64,000 nucleotides of DNA, from contig CBDBCF010000001.1 of the NCBI GenBank assembly GCA_965202985.1, positions 1,728,001 to 1,792,000 of the forward strand, given 5' to 3'. A program made the position numbers and the translations under genes. The notes below the pieces were generated by a model. It ran no database searches. It saw only the letters and a program-made list of their open reading frames with translations, and was not told where the DNA came from. The stretch is from Longimicrobiales bacterium. Lineage in GTDB: Bacteria; Gemmatimonadota; Gemmatimonadetes; Longimicrobiales; Gaopeijiaceae. Below are positions 17,974 to 27,232 of the stretch, in pieces (within the stretch, counting starts at the first letter, position 1; each line of letters opens with the position of its first letter).

Positions 17974-19716
17974 TTATCCGGCATGATCGAAGAGATCTAT
18001 GGATTTCTTGTTGGTCAGCACATCCGCCCTTTTTAAATCCCCAGCCACTTGCCCAGCGTAAACGGTTTTTCCCGCCCACTCAAACAGCTTCCCGACCCGT
18101 CGCACCGCTTCGTCCGTCCTGCTCCAGAGCCTTCCGTGTCGAGCTTCGTCAATCATCGTCCGCACGGTTAGGACGGCTTCGGCCCGCCTCCTGTCGTTCA
18201 CCCACCACGGGTAGGGCATACGCTCAAAGTCCTTGCTTTGAATATTTCTTGTGTGGTTGATCACCGTCTTCAGGATCCGATTCGCCGTATCCGAAAGTAG
18301 CCACCCTAGAATAAAATACAGTTCTTCCCGATCTTCACCCTGTCGCAAGAAGGCACACGGTGCTCCACTATCGAGAATATATCCGGCCGGCAAGTAGCGG
18401 GGTACAAACTGTGTTGCCACAAGTTGCCAAGTAAGGCCCTTTTGTCCAAAAAAACGTTGTCCTCCGACACCTCGCAGATACCAGTTGCTCGTCCGCTTGT
18501 ATGTCAACACGGCATCTCCTTCGTCTCGCCAATAGATATAATGCGTCGGATCTGAATACACAATTCGCCCGTTTGCCTTGTTGTACGGTGCATATCGCGA
18601 ATCTGGCAGTGCGACGACCTCTGGATTGTCGCGATGTACAACGCGCACTCGACGCTCTGTTTCTCCTGCCATCTCGGCCGCCTTGAGTGCTGCTTCACGT
18701 CGGACAGACAGCCGCCCGAGTCTAGCACGCTCCAATTCGTGCTTTAGCGTCACTGGCGCTTGGTAGAATTCAAATGCAAATGGCTCTTGAATTTGTTGTC
18801 CTGGACGCACCCTCCGAACGAACAATGCATTATTGCCCGTCGTCATGCCACTTGTTGCGATGAACCGATCGCCCAGTAATGGACCGTCGAAGAAATGAGC
18901 GGTCTCGACATCAACGCCCCACGACAGATTAGGTGTAGCGAGGATCGCCTTCCTATCGATCACTTTCGCATTGCGCACAACTCGGTGGCTATCTTCATTC
19001 TTGATGAAGTCAAGCACCAGCATTGGATAGCTAGTTTCGGCGGAGAATTCAGCGATGTTGGTTAGTTTTACTTTACCCCTCTTCATCAGGAAGTTACGAA
19101 GGCCTGCCATCGTCGGAATCGTGAGCAATGTGTCACTGCAAATGAATGTCAGTCGTCCACCCGGTCGCAGTAAGTCCACGCATGCCACAATGAAAAACGC
19201 GTATGTTTCCTTCTTGATCTTCATTCCAAGACGCTTGCCAAGACGTTTATCCAGTATGTCTTCAATATCGCGATGGAAAGTGCCTCCGAATGGAGGATTT
19301 CCGATCACAAGATCGAAGCTTCCGTGATCAAATCCTATCGTGTCGTTGTGAATGTCGTTACACATACCCGCTAGATACGCCCTAAAGAAGTCGCTATTGC
19401 AGATTCGTGTTTTCACTTCTATTGTATCGTCATTACGGTTAACGGCCGTTGCCAGGGCGCTTTGTGCGAGGCGCCCGTCCACCTCGACACCAATCAATTC
19501 CCATGTTTCGTCAACTCGGTCTCCAGAAAAACAGCTGGCATCCAATCGATCAACAATAGCGGACAAGAAAGCACCGTCACCGCATGATGGCTCCAAGATG
19601 CGCTTGTACATGTCGAGTGGTACTGCGTCGATCACTTGAGTCGCTAGTGAGGACGGTGTCATGTATTGTCCTCGTTGTCTCTTGTTCACTCTTTCATGCT
19701 TTCGTTGTCTGATCAC
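17974..19716 (-). CDS. Type II DNA adenine methyltransferase (gamma class, Eco57I/TaqI-like)
   Basis: GQYMTP (motif X), LEPSCGDGAF (motif I), GNPPF (motif IV), C-terminal TRD; AT-richer than flanks; GTG overlaps the upstream stop. Confidence 0.88.
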   Translation of the reverse strand: MIRQRKHERVNKRQRGQYMTPSSLATQVIDAVPLDMYKRILEPSCGDGAFLSAIVDRLDASCFSGDRVDETWELIGVEVDGRLAQSALATAVNRNDDTIEVKTRICNSDFFRAYLAGMCNDIHNDTIGFDHGSFDLVIGNPPFGGTFHRDIEDILDKRLGKRLGMKIKKETYAFFIVACVDLLRPGGRLTFICSDTLLTIPTMAGLRNFLMKRGKVKLTNIAEFSAETSYPMLVLDFIKNEDSHRVVRNAKVIDRKAILATPNLSWGVDVETAHFFDGPLLGDRFIATSGMTTGNNALFVRRVRPGQQIQEPFAFEFYQAPVTLKHELERARLGRLSVRREAALKAAEMAGETERRVRVVHRDNPEVVALPDSRYAPYNKANGRIVYSDPTHYIYWRDEGDAVLTYKRTSNWYLRGVGGQRFFGQKGLTWQLVATQFVPRYLPAGYILDSGAPCAFLRQGEDREELYFILGWLLSDTANRILKTVINHTRNIQSKDFERMPYPWWVNDRRRAEAVLTVRTMIDEARHGRLWSRTDEAVRRVGKLFEWAGKTVYAGQVAGDLKRADVLTNKKSIDLFDHAG

Positions 19717-20411
19717 GGAACAAACTCCATGTCACTCTGGTCTACGGCAAAATCGGTGCCACGGAATCTCTGCAACTGGCTCCGCCGTTGTTGTAGGCGT
19801 TTCTGGCGATTGGCAAATAAGTCGTGAAGTTTTTGTTCAAACAGCCCAAAGAGAACTTCGGCTTTTTCCGGTACACCTCGCTTTGCTGGCCTGTATCCAG
19901 AATCGATAGCAGCATAGAAATCACGCTCGCGGAGCATAATCTGGCCAGGACCAGCATCATATGTGACGAATTCTGTCCAATCGAGCAAATCGACGAAATA
20001 TGAAAGATGCGTATGGTTGGACATGTCGAATTTGATGATGAGCAAGTAATAAGAATCTATCCATTGTCGTAGAATATAGTCAAGCAGTTTCTGCATGGAC
20101 ACGAGATTGGGTTGGCCGTTCATGTTCTGAAGGCCAGACTTAACGTTTATTGGATTGTATATGCCATTACAATAGACCCAGGTGTCGCCCATGGAACGCT
20201 TTCTGATTTCGCCTTTCTTGGTGCCTTCGTAGCGGGTATCCAAGTGTACCTTCAGAAGCGCTGTAGTCCGATCGTCAACGTAGTCGGCCATGCGATGCCC
20301 CGGCTCCTTGCCCGACACGATTTCGGCGAAGCTCTGATCTCGCACATGGACAGACCAATGGTCGTTGGTAAGGTTGATGATCTGTGATTGGACACATGCA
20401 GTGATGGCCAT
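19713..20411 (-). CDS. Putative type II restriction endonuclease (PD-(D/E)XK-like)
   Basis: SMGD...INVK resembles a PD-(D/E)XK core; AT-rich; translationally coupled (GTGA) to the MTase. Confidence 0.65.
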   Translation of the reverse strand: MAITACVQSQIINLTNDHWSVHVRDQSFAEIVSGKEPGHRMADYVDDRTTALLKVHLDTRYEGTKKGEIRKRSMGDTWVYCNGIYNPINVKSGLQNMNGQPNLVSMQKLLDYILRQWIDSYYLLIIKFDMSNHTHLSYFVDLLDWTEFVTYDAGPGQIMLRERDFYAAIDSGYRPAKRGVPEKAEVLFGLFEQKLHDLFANRQKRLQQRRSQLQRFRGTDFAVDQSDMEFVP

Positions 20412-21229
20412 TGGACACTCACAGGCTTGGGGTTGGTCACCGTGGCCGGAGGATTCCGGGCGGCGGAGAGTGGTTGCGTGACCCGAGAAAAGTAGCGTGT
20501 TTGGGCGGTTTACGCTACCGGTTACGTGGTTTGAGTGACGTCAGGGAGGCCGCCACCGTCAGAACACCGTGCCGAAGCTCAACCAGGGGTGCCACTTGGA
20601 GTCCGGGGGCGTGGTGTCGTCCACGGGGAAGCGTCGGGCCAGGTTGATCCGGAGGCCGCCGGGCACGACAACGCCCGCTCCTCCCGAGAGGAAGGTGAGG
20701 CGCTCCCCTTACAGGTCGGGTGCGTTGGTCGGGGCCAGTCGGCGAAGGTGCGCATCCAGTCGCTGAAGATCGAGAGCCGGGCGAAGCCGATCTGGAGCTG
20801 AACGTCGGCTCGGGCGCGCAGGGCCACGCGGCTGGCCAAGCCCTGCGGCGTCCGTCCGCGAAACCAGCGGCCGGAGGGTCGAGGAGCCACGACTCGGTGC
20901 GGGGTGATCCTCCCCAGGTCCGGGCGGTGCCGGACCTCCGCTCCCACCGAGACGCGCCTGCCCGGAAAGAGGACCGCCGTCCCGGTGGCTGCCGCTCGCA
21001 CTCTCGGGTCTTCTTTCAGAGTGCCCGCCAGGGACAGCGCGCCCCCCCGCAGCCGGCCGGACCGGCTTCCCCACGAGTTTCTGGATGAGCGTCGCGGGAC
21101 GTTGACCAAGGCGATTGAGAGCCTGATAGACGAAAGGCCGCTGTCGTAATCGCCAAGGCTTCATGAGCCGGATAAGCGAGTCGAGACGGTCGGTGTCAAG
21201 ATTAGCATAGTTACTATCGAAAATCCGAA

Positions 21230-22792
21230 TCAAGAAGCTGCAAGCATCCGCAAGCGCTTTCCCTCGGTTTCGGCGTCTTCCGCGTCCATGAAGGCGTGGC
21301 ACCTCTCGAGTTCGCGGCGCGTCTCGTCCAGCGAGTGCCACTGAACCTGGGCCGTCCATCGCCATAGGTAGTCCATCGCTTGGATGAGCGGTTCCGGGCG
21401 TCCCGTCCGCGACAAGGCTCGGAGCGCCGCGACGTAGTTGGCGCGGAAGACCGTGGGCACCAGGATGCGGTGTTCGCCGCGGGCCACCAGCTCGGCGTTC
21501 ATCATGACGCGGGCCACACGTCCGTTGCCGTCCGCGAAGGGGTGGACCTCGGTCACGAGGAACATCGCGAAGACGGCGCACTGGAAGGGCGTCTCCAAGC
21601 TCCGCCAATGTCCGAAGCCCTGCTCCAGCGTGCCGCGCACCAGGGCGGGGTCCACGAACACCGTCGTGCCCGCTCGGTTGGGCATGGACTTGAACTCGCC
21701 GGGTCGCGTGTCGGCGCGCCCGCCCATGATCGTTCGGTGGCGGGACTTGAGCAGTGCTTCAAGGTCGCGAAAGCTGTCCGGCGTCCGGGCCATCTCGGCG
21801 TCGTCCGAGACCAAGCGCCAAGTGCCCGCCACGTCGTGGGCGTCTGCTGGCCGTTCCGTCGGGACGTTGCCGTCGAAGACGATGCCGGCGGCTTCTTCGA
21901 CGGTGAACTCGGTGCCTTCGATGAAGTTCGAGAAGTATGCATCGAAGAAGGCCAGCGTCTTGCTGCCCACGGAGTCGCGGGGTGGCGCGGGGACGGTTCG
22001 CGGCGGGTAGTCGCGGAGAGCGCGATGCAGCGTCTCGAAGAGGGCGACCCGGCCGGCGTCGAACGGGCGACCTTGCCCGCGTGCCCGGGCCGCGGGGGAG
22101 GCGAGTCGGGTCGACCGGGTTCCCAGGAGCGCGCCGATCACGTCGTCCAGCGTCGCCGCTTCGTCGTGCATGTCCAAGGACGCCGCCGCGATCCGTACTT
22201 CGTCGCGCAGCCGATTGGCCGCGGCTTCGCCCGACAACGAAATCACGGCGTCTAGGCGTTCTTCGATCTCGCTTCGCGACAGGGTTCGCGGGACGCGCCC
22301 GCCTCGTGCCCGGCTGGGCCGCATGTTCTCCAAGAACGCCCGCGCCCGCGAGCTTAGGTGAAGGTCGGTCATGAACGGCTGGTCCAGTTCGATCGGCCCC
22401 ACGCCTCGCCGGGGACGGAGGAGGACTCCGGGCAGCTCGATCTCGCGCCCCCGTGCAGCGACGATGCAGACCGAGCCGTCCGGGGCGGGACCGATTTCGA
22501 ACGCCGTGCGGTCGGCAACCACTGCGCCTGGGAAGTATCCAGCGACGATCTCCCAGAGGTTCCGTCGCACCACGACTTCGACCGGGTCGACCAGGTTCTT
22601 GGTGTAGAGGCGGGAGCCGATCTTTCGCAGCTTGCCGGCCCTCACGGCCCGCGAGACGGCGCGGCTGATCGCCGTGGTGGACACGAACGCCTCGGGCGCG
22701 GCGGCTAGCGCGAAGGCGGCCGTGGCGGGTGTCGGGGAGGCCGGTGCTTGGTTGCTGGCCCTGGGCGACCGGTCGGCGGGAATTTTGGCCAT
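21230..22792 (-). CDS. Fic family protein with N-terminal AbiEi-like/HTH region
   Basis: Canonical HPFADGNGRVAR; FSNFIEGTEF; N-terminal LRKIGSRLYT. Confidence 0.88.
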   Translation of the reverse strand: MAKIPADRSPRASNQAPASPTPATAAFALAAAPEAFVSTTAISRAVSRAVRAGKLRKIGSRLYTKNLVDPVEVVVRRNLWEIVAGYFPGAVVADRTAFEIGPAPDGSVCIVAARGREIELPGVLLRPRRGVGPIELDQPFMTDLHLSSRARAFLENMRPSRARGGRVPRTLSRSEIEERLDAVISLSGEAAANRLRDEVRIAAASLDMHDEAATLDDVIGALLGTRSTRLASPAARARGQGRPFDAGRVALFETLHRALRDYPPRTVPAPPRDSVGSKTLAFFDAYFSNFIEGTEFTVEEAAGIVFDGNVPTERPADAHDVAGTWRLVSDDAEMARTPDSFRDLEALLKSRHRTIMGGRADTRPGEFKSMPNRAGTTVFVDPALVRGTLEQGFGHWRSLETPFQCAVFAMFLVTEVHPFADGNGRVARVMMNAELVARGEHRILVPTVFRANYVAALRALSRTGRPEPLIQAMDYLWRWTAQVQWHSLDETRRELERCHAFMDAEDAETEGKRLRMLAAS

Positions 22793-23027
22793 CTTTGGTA
22801 TGGTTCGGCGTCGCGTGAGGGGAATAATCTCAAGATAACGCCGTCAAGGAGAGAAAAACGACGAGGTTAGCCTATGTGGCGACGCAGGATCGTGGCGAGG
22901 CATCCGGGTAGGGGAACCGGGGCGTCCCACCGCGAATCTGCAGGGTTCGAGGCCTTTCGCAGTAGTAGTAGCGAGGCCGGCGGATTCGCCGTCGGGCCGG
23001 AGTACCCCGAAGCGAGGAAGGTACGAG

Positions 23028-23291
23028 ATGTCGGAGGTGAAGAGCGTGTCGGAGGCGGAGGGCCTGGGGCGCGTGCTGGTGGAGGCGTTCGGGGACGGCT
23101 GGGAGCTGCTGGGCATGGCCGAGTACTGGTCGGGCTTGGACGGCTGGACGTTCGAGCACGTGGAGGACCAGGTTCCGGCGACGTTCACGTGCCGCACGGA
23201 GAAGTTCATAGCGCTGCGCGACCTTCGGGTGCTGGCCGATGTGGTTAGCGAGGGTCGGCGCTGGCGCTTGGTGGCCGATCCTGGGGACTAG
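23028..23291 (+). CDS. Small hypothetical protein (87 aa)
   Basis: ATG after GAGGAAGG; GC3-rich codons; shares an upstream motif with two other genes. Confidence 0.55.
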   Translation: MSEVKSVSEAEGLGRVLVEAFGDGWELLGMAEYWSGLDGWTFEHVEDQVPATFTCRTEKFIALRDLRVLADVVSEGRRWRLVADPGD

Positions 23292-23390
23292 GGCGGAGGC
23301 GAGCGGCAGGTTTCCGGGCGTTTCGTCGTAGAGCGACCGAGCCCGGAATCCGCCCGGCCGAGTTCTTGAATGCCCGAAGTGAGCCCCCCA

Positions 23391-23597
23391 ATGTTCGGCG
23401 AGCGGCTGAAGGACTTCGCCGTGTCTCTCGCCCTGTGCGGTTGGTGGCTGCCGGTGGTCGGGGCGGTGGAGGACGCGTGGTTCGCGAGCGCGTTCGTGGG
23501 GCTGGTGATGGCGGCGTGCTTATGGTTCGGCCTGCGGGGAACGGCCGGGGAAGGCGATGTTCTGGATGGGGGTCGGCCTCGGACAACGCGGGGTTGA
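23391..23597 (+). CDS. Small two-TM hypothetical membrane protein
   Basis: MFGERLKDFAVSLALCGWWLPVV..FASAFVGLVMAACLWFGL; same upstream motif. Confidence 0.45.
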   Translation: MFGERLKDFAVSLALCGWWLPVVGAVEDAWFASAFVGLVMAACLWFGLRGTAGEGDVLDGGRPRTTRG

Positions 23598-23628
23598 CGA
23601 GGCCGATGTCGCACGGTCGCTAAGGTTG

Positions 23629-24498
23629 CTAGCCCATCAGCTCATCCAAGGACGTGTACTCGAAGGAGCGGCGCAGGCCCAGGCGGGCAAACTGAACGGC
23701 AAGCTCCTTCACTTGGGTCTTGGTCAGCTTGCCGGTGTTGGCCCAGCGGCGATGCAACCGGGTCACGACCGCGGCCCGCGCGCGAGGATGATTGACGACC
23801 GTGATGCGTCGAAGCGAGAGCATGACCAGCTCCTCCCACGCCGGATGGTTTGCGCGCAGCGTTTCGTGAGCCTCGACGCGATCAACCCGACCTTCCGCGA
23901 CCTGCTCGATTCGAAGCGCCAATTGCCAGCGCCACCAGGCCTGGGCCATCGGACAGTCGGAGAAGACGGACACCTTGCCTCGGACGAAGATGCCGCCGGT
24001 TCGTCGCAAGAGGTTGCGGGTTCGCGCTTCCGAGTCCTTGGCGGGAGAGCCCTCCGTCATAAGCGCAGCGCGGACCGAATGTCCGGAATCGCCCAGACGA
24101 CTCTGCTCGATCCACGCGACGTGGCAGAGGAGCCAAAACACGGGCTGGGACGCCAGCCGGGGAGGCAAGTTCCGCCAAGTCCTGCCGAGCTCCACCTCAA
24201 GCTCGAAGGGTGGCTTGACAAACTCGGCGGGCGTAAGGCGGTCGCGCGGAAACGAAGGGGCATCGATCTCGTCGCCCACGCCCAGCCCCAGGACGCGACG
24301 AAGGTAGGCTCCCAGCTGCCTAGGTCCCTTGTCGATCTCGGATGCCAGTTCCTCTTGCCGACCTCTGACCTTCTCGACGGTCGCTCGGTTGTGGCGTGCA
24401 GGCTTTCCGTGCTTCCTTTGGTCGAAGACGATGTCACGCTGCCAGCTGCTGAAGGCGGTGCCGCACTTGTCGACCAGTCGGTCAATCTTCTTCGTCAT
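23629..24498 (-). CDS. Hypothetical protein, gene 4 of the PAPS-reductase/GHKL operon (DUF6339/ZacC-like by recollection)
   Basis: ATG 24498 overlaps the end of gene 3; 289 aa; ASQPVFWLLCH and MAQAWWR motifs. Confidence 0.65.
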   Translation of the reverse strand: MTKKIDRLVDKCGTAFSSWQRDIVFDQRKHGKPARHNRATVEKVRGRQEELASEIDKGPRQLGAYLRRVLGLGVGDEIDAPSFPRDRLTPAEFVKPPFELEVELGRTWRNLPPRLASQPVFWLLCHVAWIEQSRLGDSGHSVRAALMTEGSPAKDSEARTRNLLRRTGGIFVRGKVSVFSDCPMAQAWWRWQLALRIEQVAEGRVDRVEAHETLRANHPAWEELVMLSLRRITVVNHPRARAAVVTRLHRRWANTGKLTKTQVKELAVQFARLGLRRSFEYTSLDELMG

Positions 24499-25324
24499 TG
24501 TCTTCCCTGGAATCGGCGAAGAAGAAGGGCTCCAGAAGCGTGGCCACCAAGGCCGGGTCGTAGTTCTCGTCGTCCCACAGCGCCACGTTTTCTCTCTTCT
24601 GCCGCAGTCGATTCCCGAGTTCGCGAGCCAGCGGCTCTTCATCGCGTGCATCGCTGGTGCCGGATTCCGACCGCGACTCTGAGAGCGCACCCCCGAACAC
24701 GCGAGGAAACCAGCCGCATACTCCCACCAGAGCCGCCACTTGCAAGGTCCTGTCCGACTTTGCCTGCTTGAAGACGTCCGGCGCCATCTTCACCGTGAAC
24801 CGCAAGCGTCCGCCGCCGTAGTCGGGGCCCACCTCCATGGTGCCCTTGTCCATGTCGTCGTTGCGCCGAAACGTGACCAGCGACTCGGTCAGCGTCTTGG
24901 AGCGGCACGCTTGCCCCTTGGCCAGCCACCAACCTGCCGGAACGCGAAGTTCGTCGGCGTCCGCCCACAGCGAGGTCAGCCCCGTTCCGTCGAGCGAGAA
25001 GGGCATCCGCGCGATCAGCCCGGGCACGATGTAGACCATGTCGTCCACTTCGTCGGGAGCCCACGAGACCACTTGTGGGTCGTCGGTCGAAGTCGAAGTC
25101 TCCACGCGGGCCATGAGAGTCTTGGGGCACCGCAGCTCGACGGCCCAGGCCGCCGTTCCGTCTTCGATCAGCTTGTGCAGAGCCGGCGCCCCGATCAGCC
25201 GGTGCCGCACCGTTGCGCTGTTGCGGCCCACCGACACTTCGGGAGCATAACTCGCGTCCAACCAGTCGTACCGCGACCCGTCTTCCAGAAGGATCGGGAG
25301 AGGCGTCTGCTCGATGGTGTTCAC
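24482..25324 (-). CDS. Hypothetical protein, gene 3 of the PAPS-reductase/GHKL operon (beta-rich; ZacB-like by recollection)
   Basis: GTG 25324 overlaps the GHKL stop (GTGA); 280 aa; PLPILLEDGSRYDW, LIEDGTAAWAVELRCPKTL. Confidence 0.65.
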   Translation of the reverse strand: MNTIEQTPLPILLEDGSRYDWLDASYAPEVSVGRNSATVRHRLIGAPALHKLIEDGTAAWAVELRCPKTLMARVETSTSTDDPQVVSWAPDEVDDMVYIVPGLIARMPFSLDGTGLTSLWADADELRVPAGWWLAKGQACRSKTLTESLVTFRRNDDMDKGTMEVGPDYGGGRLRFTVKMAPDVFKQAKSDRTLQVAALVGVCGWFPRVFGGALSESRSESGTSDARDEEPLARELGNRLRQKRENVALWDDENYDPALVATLLEPFFFADSREDNDEED

Positions 25325-27204
25325 GAATCGCTGCGTCGGCGGCGCACGATGTCCACCTCGACGGCGTTCGGGTCGGCAAGCCCCTTGTCGAGCACGACGA
25401 CAAACCGGCGAGCGGTATTGGGCAGGGCCACTTCGAACGGGTTGTCCTTGGGTGGATGCGTCGTGCCGTCCTCGAAGCGAACCTCGCGAATGGGGACCCA
25501 CTCGGGCCCCAGAGGCTGCTCGCAGGTCTGGTCGGAGCCGGACGGCACCCTGACGCGGACACCCAACAAGTCCGCCGACGGAAGATCGCCCCGAGGGTCC
25601 CATTCGACCTTCACGGCATCAACGGTTCCTGCCCCGTTCCGCGATGCCCGGTACGCCAGCCGGCCCGAAACGGCTCTGCCCTGCCGCGGCGCAGCCCCCT
25701 GCCTGCGCTTCTTCTTTCGCATGCCCCGCCTCCGGCGTGCGTCCACGCCCTCTTCTTCCTTGTCGCTTCGATCCATCACGGTGGCACCGTTCTCGCTGGC
25801 GCCCCCTCGCGGACGGTAGCTGGGCACCTTCTCCGCCTTCTTCTCCCGGTTGCCGGAAAGCGGGACGAAGCCCTCGGGCGTGAACTCGTCGTCGGCTTCC
25901 TCTTCGCCGGCCTGCTGCCGCAGCTCGGTCGCGATCTTCTTGAGTCGGGCCAGCAGCTCCGCGCTGTCTTGTCGCGAGAGGCGACTTCGCTCCAGATGGC
26001 GGTGCTCCGGGCCTTCGGCGTCTCGGACCAGCTCCGCCAACCTGCCGTCGGCCACCATGACGACCGCGGCGAAGGGCTTGAAGGTTCTGAAGTGTCGGGG
26101 CTCCAACGCGTCGGCGCTGTTTGTGATCCACATGCCGTTCCGGAAGACCTGGACGCGCGACTCCGGCCTGCCCTTGCGGGCCTCCAGCGTCCGAATGCGG
26201 ACCGGCGTGCCGTCCCGCAGCTCGAAAGGCACGCCGTCTCTCAACGTCTGCCACGCTTGGTAGGCCTGGGCGCCCGGGAGCCAGCGGCCCGTCTGGGCGC
26301 CGCGCTTCTTTCCCTTCTCCTGTTCGAGGATCTTTCCCAGCGTGTTGCGCGTCACGGCGGTCTCGCACCCGCTTTCGTCGCGCACGCGCACGACCATCTT
26401 TCCTTCCCAGATCGCGACCAGGAAGTTCTTGGCCGCGACTTGGGCGATCGCCTGCACCGGATCGGCCTCACTCCGAAAGTTGTTGAACCCGGTGATGCAC
26501 ACGACGCTTCCCGTGTCGGTCAGCCGGTCCAGCTCCTCTTGCAGCAGGGGCGGCGCTCGGTCCGGATAGGGCGACTGATGGAAGAGCGTGGCTTCCTCCC
26601 CGTGCAGCCAGAAGCCGTCGCCCCCGAGACCGCCTTCGCCGTTGCGGAGCGCGCGGGAGGCCAGGATCGCATGACCGCTCGCAATGTCGTGCAACTCGCC
26701 GCCGTCGTCTCCCCATCGGCCAGCGTAGAGCACGTACCGCAGGTCCGAACCCGCGAACGCCGTCAAGTGACCAATGCCGAACGCGCCGGCCCCGCCCTCG
26801 TCTTTGCTGGTGTTTCCTTGCGTCAGGATGCGCCGCATCCGGTCGGGATCGAGTCCCACGCCGTTGTCCCGGCACACGAGCAAGCGGACGGTTTCCTTGT
26901 CCAGGATCCGCCGGATGCGATCGATGACCCTCTTCTCGGCTCTGCCCTGGGTCTCCGCCTGGCGCTGGGCTACGGCTTCGTCGAAGTGATTGCGGTACGA
27001 TTCGATCCCCGGCACTTGGTCGAGCGGAACTTGGCGGATGTCAAAATCCACCTCCGCCTGTTCGACATCGATCTCGTCGGCGGCGTCCAGACAGTTCTGA
27101 AGGAGTTCGCGGACGATCGGCTCCGGCTTGCCGTCCCACTGAGTCGTGGTAAGGGTCGAGAATCCTTGGGGTTGGCCGGACTGGAATACGAGATCGTCTT
27201 GCAT
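25321..27204 (-). CDS. GHKL (HSP90/MORC-like) ATPase
   Basis: Bergerat motifs RELLQNCLDA (ExxxNxxDA), DNGVGL (DxGxG), GAGAFGIG (GxxGxG); 627 aa; charged linker then beta-rich C-terminal domain. Confidence 0.82.
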   Translation of the reverse strand: MQDDLVFQSGQPQGFSTLTTTQWDGKPEPIVRELLQNCLDAADEIDVEQAEVDFDIRQVPLDQVPGIESYRNHFDEAVAQRQAETQGRAEKRVIDRIRRILDKETVRLLVCRDNGVGLDPDRMRRILTQGNTSKDEGGAGAFGIGHLTAFAGSDLRYVLYAGRWGDDGGELHDIASGHAILASRALRNGEGGLGGDGFWLHGEEATLFHQSPYPDRAPPLLQEELDRLTDTGSVVCITGFNNFRSEADPVQAIAQVAAKNFLVAIWEGKMVVRVRDESGCETAVTRNTLGKILEQEKGKKRGAQTGRWLPGAQAYQAWQTLRDGVPFELRDGTPVRIRTLEARKGRPESRVQVFRNGMWITNSADALEPRHFRTFKPFAAVVMVADGRLAELVRDAEGPEHRHLERSRLSRQDSAELLARLKKIATELRQQAGEEEADDEFTPEGFVPLSGNREKKAEKVPSYRPRGGASENGATVMDRSDKEEEGVDARRRRGMRKKKRRQGAAPRQGRAVSGRLAYRASRNGAGTVDAVKVEWDPRGDLPSADLLGVRVRVPSGSDQTCEQPLGPEWVPIREVRFEDGTTHPPKDNPFEVALPNTARRFVVVLDKGLADPNAVEVDIVRRRRSDS

Positions 27205-27232
27205 GGTGTGCGCGTGCGCGGGTCCTTGTCCT

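Noticed and set aside
20412..21229. Interval between the REase and Fic genes: hairpin GTAGCGT..ACGCTAC (about 20492-20518), possible IS-like end near 21007-21027, protein-like fragments on both strands at 21050-21230
   Set aside because: Probably decayed mobile or defence DNA, but no frame, strand or family could be supported by eye.
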